A DNA stretch of 64,000 nt from contig CAVSHF010000003.1 in assembly GCA_963727805.1 (NCBI GenBank), forward strand, positions 1,120,001 through 1,184,000, read 5' to 3'. Source of the DNA: an uncultured Nitrospiraceae bacterium. GTDB lineage: Bacteria; Nitrospirota; Thermodesulfovibrionia; Thermodesulfovibrionales; Dissulfurispiraceae. A program made the translations under genes and the position numbers. Of the stretch, positions 20,039 to 30,376 are shown one piece after another (positions within the stretch are counted from its first letter, which is position 1; the number at the start of each line of letters is the position of its first letter). The notes below the pieces were generated by a model. That model made no database searches and was not told the DNA's origin. It saw only the letters and a program-made list of their open reading frames with translations.

Positions 20039-21606
20039 TAAATTATCCTTCCACCGCGCGCACCCGAAAACACGCCTTCGCTGAAAGAGAGCGTCCCGTT
20101 CACGAAAACATGCTTTATGCCTTTGGACATCCTAAAAGGCTCTTTGAAGGTCGCCCCGTCAATCATTGTATCGTAATCGAATATGACGAGATCGGCATAG
20201 AACCCTTGTCTTATAAATCCTCGCCGCTCAAGCCCGAAAACGGCGGCAGGCAACGATGTAATCCTTCTGATAGCTTCGGGAAGCTTGAGTAGCCCTCTTT
20301 CTCTCACGTACCTGCCGATAAACCTCGGGAAACTCCCGAAACCTCTCGGATGCGGCTTACCGCTGAACGTTGGCCCTGAGAAAGAACGCACCGAGCTGTC
20401 GGAGCCGATCATTGTGCAGGGGAGAGAATAAAATCGCTTCAAGTTCTCTTCGCACATAGAGAAGAAAATCGCGCCGGCCCTTGCCTCCTCATCGATGATG
20501 ATATCGAGCACCGTGTCAGCAGGATGCCTGCCGGTCTTCGACGCAATATCGATGACGTTTTCGCCTTCCATCCATTTATTCTCCGGCTTTGTCACCGTAG
20601 AGATATAAATACCCTTCCAGTAATTGTCACCGCTTGCAGCAAGCCCCTCCCTAATCTTCTCCCTCGTAGCCGCGTCTTTGAGCCTTTTCAATTCCTCCTG
20701 GACGCCGCCCGTATAAACCCATGGTGGAACAACGGTATCCAAATCGGTACTCGATGCGATATACGGATACCGGTCACAGGTCACTTTCAATCCTGTTGCC
20801 TGGGCATCCTCAATTATTGCAAGGACTCTGTCTATCTTCCCCCAGTTGCGCTCCCCGGAGGTCTTAATATGTGAAATGTGGACCGGCACCCCCGACTCTT
20901 TCCCCACTTTCAATGTCTCTTCCACTGCCTCGATAAGATCGTCCCCTTCGCTCCTCATATGAGAAGCATAAACTCCACCGGGGCAATGTGAGAAAACGAT
21001 CTTTGCAAGTTCGACGATCTCTTCTGTTCTCGAATAAACGCCTGGGGGATAGATCAAGCCTGTCGAAAGCCCTCTTGCTCCTGCTGTAAGGGCCTCGGAA
21101 AGAAGTCTTTTCATTCTGGCCATTTCAGTCTCAGTGGGATTGTTGTCCCTGTATCCCATGACTGAGGCCCGTATATTACCCTGTCCGCATAACGTGGCAA
21201 AGTTCAGAGCTATGCCTTTTTTTTGCAGGATTCCGAAATACTCGCCAAAGGTAGACCACCGCTCTTTTATGCCGAGTTCCTTCTGATCCACCTCTCTTCG
21301 TTCCAACGCTTCGCCAAAAAGCGGCGCTGCTGAAAGACCGCAATTGCCGTTGATCTCTGTCGTGACCCCTTGTGAAAGCTTACCTTCAGCCCTTCCATCA
21401 GCAAGAATGGTAAATTCAGAGTGAGCATGCGTATCGATAAATCCCGGTGCAACAACAAACCCGGCCGCGTCGATGACCCTGCGAGCAGCAATTTCCTCTT
21501 TTCCGATAAAGCAAATGCTAGCGCCCTCTATGCCGACATTAAGGACTTCCGGTGCCGCGTTGCTACCGTCAATAACATTGCCTGTCTTTATCAGATAGTC
21601 GATCAA
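20038..21606 (-). CDS. N-acyl-D-amino-acid deacylase (D-aminoacylase)
   Basis: PGFIDTHAH, GNCG, STGLIYPPG, SHMRSE, HISHIK, GSD, PHPRGFGSFPR. Confidence 0.9.
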   Translation of the reverse strand: MIDYLIKTGNVIDGSNAAPEVLNVGIEGASICFIGKEEIAARRVIDAAGFVVAPGFIDTHAHSEFTILADGRAEGKLSQGVTTEINGNCGLSAAPLFGEALERREVDQKELGIKERWSTFGEYFGILQKKGIALNFATLCGQGNIRASVMGYRDNNPTETEMARMKRLLSEALTAGARGLSTGLIYPPGVYSRTEEIVELAKIVFSHCPGGVYASHMRSEGDDLIEAVEETLKVGKESGVPVHISHIKTSGERNWGKIDRVLAIIEDAQATGLKVTCDRYPYIASSTDLDTVVPPWVYTGGVQEELKRLKDAATREKIREGLAASGDNYWKGIYISTVTKPENKWMEGENVIDIASKTGRHPADTVLDIIIDEEARAGAIFFSMCEENLKRFYSLPCTMIGSDSSVRSFSGPTFSGKPHPRGFGSFPRFIGRYVRERGLLKLPEAIRRITSLPAAVFGLERRGFIRQGFYADLVIFDYDTMIDGATFKEPFRMSKGIKHVFVNGTLSFSEGVFSGARGGRII

Positions 21607-21717
21607 CCGTACCTCAGTCAGGAGCGGGAGAATGAAAGTCCTGAAGCTAGGAACTTTTTTTATGAACTTATGAACTTCCGGGCATCAGCTGTTCTGCTTA
21701 GAGCTACTTGACCGCTC

Positions 21718-23040
21718 TCATCGTGAATAGCTCACAGGTTTTGCCTGAGCCTTTGAACTCACGTTCTCCTGATCGTCGAGCGCAACATGCTGAATAGGCT
21801 GTGAGGTGAAATATTTGTGGATTCCCTCAGCGATAGAGCGTGCGAGGGACTGCCGATAGGAATCAGTTGCCAACAGTTTCTCTTCCCGGGGATTGCTGAT
21901 GAATGAAACCTCCACCAAGGATGAAGGCATCTTCGCACCGAAAAGCACATAAAAGAGCGCCTGTTTTACGCCCAGATCGTTCACGTCGTGATATTTTTTC
22001 CCCAATGATGACACGACAGATTGCTGGATATACCCCGCTACATTGACCGACTCATTCCTTTTATTCTCCCTTTCGAGTGATGCCAGTATCACACCGAGTT
22101 CACCCTTCATCTGCTTCATCTTCTTAAGCGAAATCGCGTTTTCGCGCGCCGCAACCTTCATTGCCTCGACGTCGTTGGTCCAATTGAGGAGATATGTTTC
22201 AATGCCCTTCGCCTTGCGGTTCGAGCTTGCATTTGCGTGGATGGAGACGAAGAGGTCGGCATTATGCCTGTTAGCAATTTCGGCCCTCTCGGGAAGAGGG
22301 ATAAAGACATCCTTCTCACGGGTAAGGACTATTTCATAAGAAGGATAGTCTTCCCTCATGATCTCCCTTACCCTGATTGCAATATCGAGTACAACGTTCT
22401 TTTCACACAGCCCCGATAGTCCCACGGCTCCGGGATCATGTCCGCCATGGCCGGCGTCTATAACGACTGTCCGTTTGATGAACTTGCTCATCCGGTTTGA
22501 ATCAGGCAGATTTGCATCGGGGCGCCTGGAAGTGTTCATGGGCTTCTCATCAGGCATCAGAACATCGGTATCCATTTCCGATCTCAGGTCGTCTTTTCCC
22601 CTGCTTTCGGCCCCATTGATATAAATATCTACAACGAGACGCGAAGGGTCTTCGAGGTTCATAACCTTGAAATTATATGTCGGCTTCTTCAGATCGAAGA
22701 CTATCCTTGTTATATCGGCGCTATACTGACCGATCCTCACGGACTTCACAAATTCATAGTTGATCTCAAAGCTCTTACGGAGGCCCTTTGTCAACTTCGT
22801 ATTTTTAAGATCGAAGAAAAGCCTTTCGGGATTTGAGAGCTTGCTGTTAGTAAATTCAACCGGCTTCGAGAGAGCGAAAACAAACCTCACGAAATCCTTG
22901 TTTTCCCAGTGGCGCACATCCGTTATTTGAGCCAAGTCCTCCGCATGGCTGACTAGCGGGATAATAAGAAGAAATAAAAGCAGTGGGATGCCATAAAATA
23001 AAGCAGAAGCACCAGCCTTATTGCGCTGCAAATTCGTCAT
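21718..23040 (-). CDS. N-acetylmuramoyl-L-alanine amidase with AMIN domain
   Basis: VIDAGHGGHDPGA, EK, FVSIHAN, LVEVSFISN; N-terminal AMIN (PERLFFDL). Confidence 0.93.
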   Translation of the reverse strand: MTNLQRNKAGASALFYGIPLLLFLLIIPLVSHAEDLAQITDVRHWENKDFVRFVFALSKPVEFTNSKLSNPERLFFDLKNTKLTKGLRKSFEINYEFVKSVRIGQYSADITRIVFDLKKPTYNFKVMNLEDPSRLVVDIYINGAESRGKDDLRSEMDTDVLMPDEKPMNTSRRPDANLPDSNRMSKFIKRTVVIDAGHGGHDPGAVGLSGLCEKNVVLDIAIRVREIMREDYPSYEIVLTREKDVFIPLPERAEIANRHNADLFVSIHANASSNRKAKGIETYLLNWTNDVEAMKVAARENAISLKKMKQMKGELGVILASLERENKRNESVNVAGYIQQSVVSSLGKKYHDVNDLGVKQALFYVLFGAKMPSSLVEVSFISNPREEKLLATDSYRQSLARSIAEGIHKYFTSQPIQHVALDDQENVSSKAQAKPVSYSR

Positions 23041-23261
23041 CTCGCTTCGACAGATTTAATTTGAGGAATCTCTTTCCTTAACGTTGTTTCGACCCAGTTC
23101 TTCAGTGTGAGCGTTGACATCGGACAGGTACCGCACGCCCCTTTGAGCCTGACATAAACCACGTCATCCTTTATTTCAACGAGGTCTATATCCCCTCCCT
23201 CGGACTTCAATCCAACTCTGATCTTGTTCAAGACCTCTTCAACTTTTTCCTTCGTTATCAT
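23037..23261 (-). CDS. NifU C-terminal-like Fe-S carrier protein
   Basis: IR..L.SEGGDIDLV...LKGACGTCPMS. Confidence 0.9.
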   Translation of the reverse strand: MITKEKVEEVLNKIRVGLKSEGGDIDLVEIKDDVVYVRLKGACGTCPMSTLTLKNWVETTLRKEIPQIKSVEAR

Positions 23262-23434
23262 TAGTCCCTCCATATTGATCTCACTTGTGTAGGAGCTTAT
23301 CGCCCTTCTGCTATAGTATCCCTTATGAAATCATATCGCATAAGTAATAATTTATCAAGGGGTTAGGTGTTTTATTGAAACCATTTTGCATGGTATTTCT
23401 TTTTTAAGGTCACATTTATCCTATAATAATAGTA

Positions 23435-24349
23435 ATGAACAAAGTCGGCTTTTTCTACGATGATGTTTTTTTGAAACACGAACCTACTGGATTTCATACT
23501 GAAAATAGAGAACGGCTCGTCGCCATTGTCGAGGTCCTTCAGAATTCTGCGGTCTGGAGCAACCTGATCCACATCAGCCCACGCGAGGCTTCTTTCAAAG
23601 ACATCTCTCTTATTCACACCGAGAAATATATAGATAAGGTCAAGAGTCTCGAGTCCGGGTATCTCGATGCGGATACCTATGTATCCAAGGGAAGTCTCGA
23701 AGCGGCTCGATATGCCGTGGGGGCGGTAATTGAGGCTGTAGAACGATGCATGAAGGGTGAGATCAAGCGGGCTTTTTGCGCCGTTCGCCCTCCCGGGCAC
23801 CATGCCGAGTCCTCTGCCGCAATGGGATTTTGCATCTTCAACAATATCGCCATCGGTGCGCGTTACGCTCAAAAAATAGGGTATAAGAAAGTTTTTATAA
23901 TCGATTTCGACGTTCACCACGGAAACGGTACGCAGCATGCCTTCGAGGAGGATGATACAGTCTACTTTTTTAGCACCCATCAGTATCCGCACTACCCAGG
24001 CACCGGCAGGGATGCGGAGCGGGGAAAGGGACGGGGAGAAGGGTTTACTTATAATGTGCCGATGAAATCGGGATCAGGAGACAGTGAATACCTCGATGTC
24101 TATCAGAAAACCCTGCCGCCGTTGATGAAAACTTTCGCTCCGGATCTCGTCCTCGTCTCGGCGGGGTATGACATTCTCTCGGATGATCCCCTTTCAAGTA
24201 TACACGTCTCTCATGAAGGGATTAGGCTAATCATGAGGGCAATCCTGCAAACAGCATCAGTGCCGGTCGTTATTTCGCTTGAAGGCGGATATCATTTACG
24301 CGCGCTCAGCGAGGCAGTCAGGATCACCCTTGAAGAGATGCTGAAGTAA
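23435..24349 (+). CDS. Histone deacetylase family protein
   Basis: RPPGHHA, GFCIFNN, DFDVHHGNGTQ, SAGYD, LEGGY. Confidence 0.93.
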   Translation: MNKVGFFYDDVFLKHEPTGFHTENRERLVAIVEVLQNSAVWSNLIHISPREASFKDISLIHTEKYIDKVKSLESGYLDADTYVSKGSLEAARYAVGAVIEAVERCMKGEIKRAFCAVRPPGHHAESSAAMGFCIFNNIAIGARYAQKIGYKKVFIIDFDVHHGNGTQHAFEEDDTVYFFSTHQYPHYPGTGRDAERGKGRGEGFTYNVPMKSGSGDSEYLDVYQKTLPPLMKTFAPDLVLVSAGYDILSDDPLSSIHVSHEGIRLIMRAILQTASVPVVISLEGGYHLRALSEAVRITLEEMLK

Positions 24350-25540
24350 TAACGCCACCGTCCTGAAATATTCTTTCCTGCATTTAATTTCTATCTCGGC
24401 GAGCATATCAAAAGGGACCTGAAAAGTGCCGTGCCCTGCAGTAAACACGCCATGTCCATACACGATAGCCCCCCCCGAGTGCTTCATAGCAAGAGGCACC
24501 GTGTTCATCAGTCCCGTCGGCCCGGTCCCGATCTCTCCAGAAACAATAGGCGTCTGAAGGATGTTCCGCTTTTCCCGGCATGCTTTGTGACAAAGACTAC
24601 GGTCGCACCCTTCCTTTTTACAATACATCGACATAATCACTGAGAATGTCGGATGCCCGTGCAGGATCGCATTGCAGCCGGTTCCGAAATAAATATTCTT
24701 ATGGGCAGAAAGTTCGGAGGATGCCGTGATGCCGACCGATGAAGACCCATCGAGAGGGACTATGTCTATACAATCATTAAGTTCATCAAGTGAGCTTCCG
24801 GTCTGACTTATGAAAATATGGCTTTCATAAACATAACAAATATTCCCGAAATAAGAATCGACAAGATGACTTTCAACGACTGCCTTGCCCGCCTCAGAAA
24901 GCATCGCGATGACTTCGTCAGCGGTCACCGGTGCCTTCGCACGCAGTGCTCTCCGGTATTTCGGAGATGGGGTAGACCTGACCATTTCAGCAATAGCAAC
25001 AAATGCTTTTAGATACTCCTCTTTCACCGGAACGTCCGTTTGCACGCAGCTGTCAAAATGGACGAGTGAATCATAGAAATATTTCACAAAGGACGAAAAG
25101 CAAACGGAACTGAATGAAACAAATGCCTGCTCAGGAGAGACGACGCCATAGGCAATAATTCCACGCCCCCTTATGATCGCTGATTTCCTGTGAGAAAGCG
25201 CATCGGCTATAGCGTGCGGAGAGAATTCATCGACCACCGGGATGTCATGAAAAAAAGTCCTTGTCTCGCAATCCATGGGAACAATCTTTTTCAGCTCGCG
25301 GCAATTCCTGTCATATGCGGTGATCTCTCGGATAATTCTCCTGTAAGGTTCAGCAGGCTCCGCAAAAAGAAGACTACCGATATTCATGAGCTCGCATACC
25401 TGTTTCAATACCAGGACATCTCCGCTCAGAGGCTTATTAGAAAACAAGTCTGCATCGAGCGCTAAGAATATAGCATCATCCTTTTTGGCAAGTCCCTGCG
25501 ACTCAAGTTTGTCGAGATATTTATTGACCAATCGCCGCAT
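24296..25540 (-). CDS. Class II aldolase/adducin family protein (two-domain)
   Basis: C-half GN...SSELSAH...ILHGHP...YGHGV; degenerate N-terminal copy. Confidence 0.75.
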   Translation of the reverse strand: MRRLVNKYLDKLESQGLAKKDDAIFLALDADLFSNKPLSGDVLVLKQVCELMNIGSLLFAEPAEPYRRIIREITAYDRNCRELKKIVPMDCETRTFFHDIPVVDEFSPHAIADALSHRKSAIIRGRGIIAYGVVSPEQAFVSFSSVCFSSFVKYFYDSLVHFDSCVQTDVPVKEEYLKAFVAIAEMVRSTPSPKYRRALRAKAPVTADEVIAMLSEAGKAVVESHLVDSYFGNICYVYESHIFISQTGSSLDELNDCIDIVPLDGSSSVGITASSELSAHKNIYFGTGCNAILHGHPTFSVIMSMYCKKEGCDRSLCHKACREKRNILQTPIVSGEIGTGPTGLMNTVPLAMKHSGGAIVYGHGVFTAGHGTFQVPFDMLAEIEIKCRKEYFRTVALLLQHLFKGDPDCLAERA

Positions 25541-25587
25541 ATTTTATTAAATGACTAATCTCTTTTGCTTCCATGCATATGCCTCTC

Positions 25588-27285
25588 TCATTGATAACCT
25601 CGTATCTTATAATAGTTGGCTCTTGCTTTAAGAAACTCCTCCCGCTCAATCGGGGCTATCCTGACCGCTGCGCTCGATGAGCCTTCTTCACTGAAGAACC
25701 TCTCGGGCAGGTCATCATCTTCAGTGGTGAACCCATTCATCCTGTTCATCTTGCGTTCGAGGTCCCATATCCTCTGCCCGATTTTGAGGAGCGACTGTAC
25801 ATTATAATCCTTGCCTGTCACTGCGTTGATCGCTCTTGCATATTCCTCAAGTCCCGCAGCGAAAAAGACGAACTTGCACGCTGTAAGCGAGTCGACGACA
25901 GCATTCAGGTCCTCGGCGATCTTGATCATCCGCGCCTTTCCTTCAAAGGAAAATCTGTCGGTGGCAACAGGCTTCCTGAGTATCTCATGACTCACGGGGT
26001 AGGCCCTCAAGTGGCAGCCACCCCTGTTTGATGTTGCATAGGCGAGCGCCATGCCATAAGCGCCTCTGGGGTCATATGCCGGCAGTTCCAGTTTTTTGAC
26101 GGACATGCTCATTTCAGGACATCCTTTTGACAACCCATAGCGGTATGATCCCTCTGCAAGAGCCGATCCGGTTTCATTATGCCTCTCTGCGATATCCTCC
26201 AAGAGTATCAGCATTTCAGATGGGGTAACTCTGATGTTATTTATCTCGCAAAAGCATGCGATGGACGATGCCGCCGATATGGTATCAAGTCCGTAATCAT
26301 TGCATATCCTGTTTGCCTCGACGATGCCCTCAAGATTGGCGCAACTGTTCAATGCGCCAAAATGAGAAACAGTTTCGAACTCCGGCATGACCTCGCCGCC
26401 AGAGCCGATCTTTTTGCAGAGGACCGGGCAACCGGCGCAGCCAGCCTTTTTTGATTGATAGCGCGTCTTCATCGCATACCCCGAATAGCGCGAAGCTTCC
26501 GGGAATAGAGTCTTCCTGAAATTATTGGTAGGCTCCATCCGTCGCGCATGTATGAGATCGACTAGAGCAGCCGTGCCGAATTCCGACAGTCCGAACTCCC
26601 CGAAAACCGCTGGCGATGCCCGCAGTAGTCTCATGATATCCTCGCGGGATTTCATCAGAGCATCAGCATCGACAACAGGAATTGCCCTTTCGCCCTTCAC
26701 CTTAATGGCCTTCAGCTTCTTTGCCCCCATAACAGCACCAAGGCCGCCCCTTCCAGCCGCGTAATGGCCATCAATAACAATCGAGGCATAACGAACCTGC
26801 TTTTCTCCTGACCTACCTATCGAGGCAAAAGAGCCCTCTTTTCCCATAATGATGCCCAACTCGGAGACGTTCTTGCCGGCCAGGCCATCCGCGTCCATTA
26901 TCGATATTCGGTCATTATCGATATCGAGAACAACCCACCTGTCTGAAATCCCGGTAATCTCGATAAGATCGAATCCCGCCCGTTTCAATTCAGTGCCAAA
27001 GCGTCCACCGACAGAACAATCGAATACGGTCCCCGTCAACGGAGACTTGGAGACGACGGCCATCCGTCCTGATGTGGGAGCAGCCGTTCCTACGAGAGGA
27101 CCGGTTGAGAATATAAGCGGCATTTCTGAGGAATCATATTCATGGGAGATCCTGTCACCGAGGAGCGCTACGCCTACCCCCCTGCCCCCAAGATAGTCGG
27201 CGCATAATTCTTCAGAGGTATCGAACATATCGATTTTCCTCGAAATAAGATCGACCCTAATACTCTTGAGTGTGTACCCGGACAT
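25588..27285 (-). CDS. Aldehyde:ferredoxin oxidoreductase (AOR family) 1
   Basis: YLGGRG, KSPLTG, AGRGGLGAVMG, CAGCPVLC, PEFET, GLDTIS, PAYDPRG, RGGCHL. Confidence 0.92.
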   Translation of the reverse strand: MSGYTLKSIRVDLISRKIDMFDTSEELCADYLGGRGVGVALLGDRISHEYDSSEMPLIFSTGPLVGTAAPTSGRMAVVSKSPLTGTVFDCSVGGRFGTELKRAGFDLIEITGISDRWVVLDIDNDRISIMDADGLAGKNVSELGIIMGKEGSFASIGRSGEKQVRYASIVIDGHYAAGRGGLGAVMGAKKLKAIKVKGERAIPVVDADALMKSREDIMRLLRASPAVFGEFGLSEFGTAALVDLIHARRMEPTNNFRKTLFPEASRYSGYAMKTRYQSKKAGCAGCPVLCKKIGSGGEVMPEFETVSHFGALNSCANLEGIVEANRICNDYGLDTISAASSIACFCEINNIRVTPSEMLILLEDIAERHNETGSALAEGSYRYGLSKGCPEMSMSVKKLELPAYDPRGAYGMALAYATSNRGGCHLRAYPVSHEILRKPVATDRFSFEGKARMIKIAEDLNAVVDSLTACKFVFFAAGLEEYARAINAVTGKDYNVQSLLKIGQRIWDLERKMNRMNGFTTEDDDLPERFFSEEGSSSAAVRIAPIEREEFLKARANYYKIRGYQ

Positions 27286-27464
27286 AACTTATTGTAACAT
27301 TAGAAAGCCTGAGCATAATTGATTCACTGTTGCTCGGCATCCAGGCGACGAACTGCCCCTACAAAATAACCCCTATTGAAATTACCGTATTGTATGATAA
27401 ACTTTCATCAGTGACAGTTATTTAATTCATGTCATCTTTTACTAAATAGTATTGGAGGTGCCGT

Positions 27465-29201
27465 ATGGACAAGATATTGAGAATTGACATGGGAGCCGAC
27501 GGAGGCCCTAAATTCACCGAAACACCCTTAGGAGAGTATACCGGGTTTGGTGGACGTGCCATGACGACGGCTGTTGTATCGAAAGAAGTCCCGCCGCTTT
27601 GCCACCCTCTAAGCTCCGAAAACAAGCTAGTCATTGCGCCGGGAATGTTGAGCGGCACAATCGCCGCAATGTCAGGCAGAATCTCGATAGGCTGTAAGAG
27701 CCCTCTTACCGGCGGCATCAAGGAGTCAAATTCTGGTGGCCAGGCTGCTCAGGTGCTCGCACGGCTCGGTTACGCCGCGATCATCCTTGAGGGCAAACCT
27801 AAAACAGAAGATCTCTACAAAATTTTGATCAACAAAGACGGCGTAAAAATTGCTGCCGATAACGCACTGAGGATACTGCCAAATTACGACCTCGTCGAAA
27901 AAATGAAGGCCGAATTCGGAGACAAGATCTCCTGTATCTCGATCGGTCCTGCCGGCGAAATGAAGATGAATATTGCTTCGATCGCTTGCACCGATATGGA
28001 ACTGCGCCCGACGCGCCATGCAGGCCGCGGCGGTGTCGGTGCGGTCATGGGATCAAAAGGGGTCAAAGTAATCGTGCTCGATGACACGGGGATATCTATG
28101 CGTTCGCCGAAAGACGCACAGAAGTTCAAAGATGCAAACAAGCGCTTTGTCGATGGCCTCACGAAACATCCGGTCACGGGTCAGGCACTTCCTGCATACG
28201 GAACAAACGTATTGACTAATATTCTCAGCGAGGCTGGTGGATATCCGACGTATAATTTCAAACAGGGCAGCTTCGCGGGCGCTTCAAAGATAAGCGGTGA
28301 AACCCAAGCAGAACTCGAAAAAAAGCGTGGCGGTGTCCCGACACACGGTTGTCACCGCGGCTGCGTCATTCGCTGCTCCGGTATTTACAATGATAAAGAC
28401 GGTCACTATCTTACCAAACAGCCTGAATACGAAACGGTCTGGGCACACGGCGGTAACTGCGGCATTGATGATCTCGACTCCATCGCTATGCTCGACTTCC
28501 TCGATGACAATTATGGAGTAGACACAATAGAGATGGGCACCACTATTGCGGTTGCCATGGACGCAGGTATTGCAAAATTCGGCGATGCCGGTGCGGCAAT
28601 TAACCTCGTAAAAGAGGTGGGGAAAGGTTCGTATCTCGGCCGCATCCTCGGTGGCGGCGCAGCTGTCACCGGAAAGGTTTTTGGCGTAGAGCGTGTCCCC
28701 GTAGTCAAGGGCCAAGCCATGCCTGCCTACGATCCCCGGGCGGTGAAAGGCATCGGCGTCACTTATGCCACCTCTCCCATGGGCGCAGACCATACTGCAG
28801 GATATGCCGTTGCAACCAATATCCTCAAGGTCGGTGGATTTGTCGATCCTCTGGTTGCTGAGGGCCAGATCGAGCTCTCGCGCAACCTTCAGATCGCTAC
28901 CGCTGCGATAGATTCTACGGGCATGTGCATTTTTATCGCCTTTGCAATCCTCGATCAGCCCGAGACTTTTCAGGCACTTCTGGATCTGCTCAATGCTTTC
29001 TACGGTCTGGAACTTACGGGTGACGGTGTGGTAGCCCTGGGCAAAAAGGTGCTCTCGATGGAGCGCGATTTCAATGAGAGAGCCGGTTTTACCTCCAAGC
29101 AGGACCGTCTGCCCCGCTATTTCTCAACCGAATCTTTGTCGCCCCACAACGTAACGTTCGACGTCAAGGATGAGGATTTGGACAAGGTTTTCAACTGGTA
29201 A
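27465..29201 (+). CDS. aor: Aldehyde:ferredoxin oxidoreductase (AOR family) 2
   Basis: GGR, KSPLTGGIKESN, AGRGGVGAVMGSK, CHRGCVIRC, PEYET, DTIE, PAYDPR, MGADHTAG. Confidence 0.92.
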   Translation: MDKILRIDMGADGGPKFTETPLGEYTGFGGRAMTTAVVSKEVPPLCHPLSSENKLVIAPGMLSGTIAAMSGRISIGCKSPLTGGIKESNSGGQAAQVLARLGYAAIILEGKPKTEDLYKILINKDGVKIAADNALRILPNYDLVEKMKAEFGDKISCISIGPAGEMKMNIASIACTDMELRPTRHAGRGGVGAVMGSKGVKVIVLDDTGISMRSPKDAQKFKDANKRFVDGLTKHPVTGQALPAYGTNVLTNILSEAGGYPTYNFKQGSFAGASKISGETQAELEKKRGGVPTHGCHRGCVIRCSGIYNDKDGHYLTKQPEYETVWAHGGNCGIDDLDSIAMLDFLDDNYGVDTIEMGTTIAVAMDAGIAKFGDAGAAINLVKEVGKGSYLGRILGGGAAVTGKVFGVERVPVVKGQAMPAYDPRAVKGIGVTYATSPMGADHTAGYAVATNILKVGGFVDPLVAEGQIELSRNLQIATAAIDSTGMCIFIAFAILDQPETFQALLDLLNAFYGLELTGDGVVALGKKVLSMERDFNERAGFTSKQDRLPRYFSTESLSPHNVTFDVKDEDLDKVFNW

Positions 29202-29210
29202 TAATCCATT

Positions 29211-29236
29211 GGGGAGAGGATCCAGGTCCTCTCCTC
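29211..29236 (+). terminator. Intergenic hairpin between aor and the moaD-like gene
   Basis: GGGGAGAGGA-TCCAGG-TCCTCTCCTC. Confidence 0.4.
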
Positions 29237-29249
29237 AATCTCCTTCTTC

Positions 29250-29474
29250 ATGCAGATAATAATTAACCTTTTCGCGACTCTTAGAAAGAACCGCTTCGAC
29301 AGCGATCAGCGGGAATACCCCAACGGAATAACTATTCGGAGTGTTCTGAACGATCTCTCAATTCCAGAAAATGAAGCTGCTATCATTTTTGTAAACGGCA
29401 GGCACGCGGAACCGGATACCCTGCTTCTGGAGAAAGACACCGTATCGATTTTCCCCCCTATTGGCGGCGGATAG
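29250..29474 (+). CDS. MoaD/ThiS-family sulfur carrier
   Basis: LFATLR...VNG...SIFPPIGGG C-terminal Gly-Gly. Confidence 0.9.
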   Translation: MQIIINLFATLRKNRFDSDQREYPNGITIRSVLNDLSIPENEAAIIFVNGRHAEPDTLLLEKDTVSIFPPIGGG

Positions 29475-29475
29475 A

Positions 29476-30297
29476 ATGGACCAGCTTCGCAAATATCTCA
29501 AAGCTCATGCCGTGGATGATCTCGTGGAGCAAGCCGTTCTGGATGAAGCGTCCCGGAGATTCATCCATTCTCCGCATACTGTCGAAGAAGCGACTCTCAA
29601 GGCTAACCTCCTGCCCGCCCGCTATCAACGCAATCGCAAGACGCTGTCGATCGAACAACAACTCGCGCTCTTTCAGGCTCGCGTTGCCGTTATCGGCTGT
29701 GGTGGGCTTGGGGGATATGTGATTGAAGGACTTGCCCGCCTTGGTGTTGGGACCATCGTAGCGGCTGATCCCGATCAATTCGAGGAACATAACCTCAATC
29801 GTCAGATTTTATGCACACTCGAAACCCTCGGTTATCCAAAGACAGCTGCCGCCGCTAACCGCGTGAGGCAGATCAACCCCGCTATAAACCTGGTTCCAAT
29901 CCAGAAGGCACTCACTGATGACAACGTAGCGGAAATTTTGAGAGATTCTAATGCGGTCGTAGACGCGCTTGATAGCAATGCAGCTAGAATCGAATTGGCA
30001 AAGTTCTGCAGCGACCATTCGCTCCCTCTCGTCCACGGGGCTATTGCTGGCTGGTACGGGCAGATCACGGTCCAATTGCCCGGTGAACAAACAGTACTCA
30101 ACCTCTTGCAACGATGTAAGCAAGAAACTGGCATTGAAAAAGAAATCGGCAATCCCGCCTTCGCCCCTGCAGTCGTAGCAAGCCTGCAGACAGCAGAAGT
30201 CTGCAAAATCATCACGCACCAAGACAGAACTCTGAGCGGTCGAATCATCTTCATCGATCTCCTGGATATGAGATTCGAAGAAATGAGGATTGAGTGA
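29476..30297 (+). CDS. HesA/MoeB/ThiF-family adenylyltransferase
   Basis: RYQRN, VIGCGGLG, D.D.FEEHNLNRQ, DALD. Confidence 0.9.
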   Translation: MDQLRKYLKAHAVDDLVEQAVLDEASRRFIHSPHTVEEATLKANLLPARYQRNRKTLSIEQQLALFQARVAVIGCGGLGGYVIEGLARLGVGTIVAADPDQFEEHNLNRQILCTLETLGYPKTAAAANRVRQINPAINLVPIQKALTDDNVAEILRDSNAVVDALDSNAARIELAKFCSDHSLPLVHGAIAGWYGQITVQLPGEQTVLNLLQRCKQETGIEKEIGNPAFAPAVVASLQTAEVCKIITHQDRTLSGRIIFIDLLDMRFEEMRIE

Positions 30298-30376
30298 TCC
30301 CCCTCCATCCCCTCAGTTATAATAAAAGTGGCTATAATTTGGATGGGGTTGTCTAAAAGGGGACTGTTCAGAAGTG

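Noticed and set aside
23372..23992. 206-aa minus-strand ORF, and similar long antisense ORFs such as 3765-4316, 36188-36739 and 39717-40256
   Set aside because: Shadows of well-supported genes on the opposite strand
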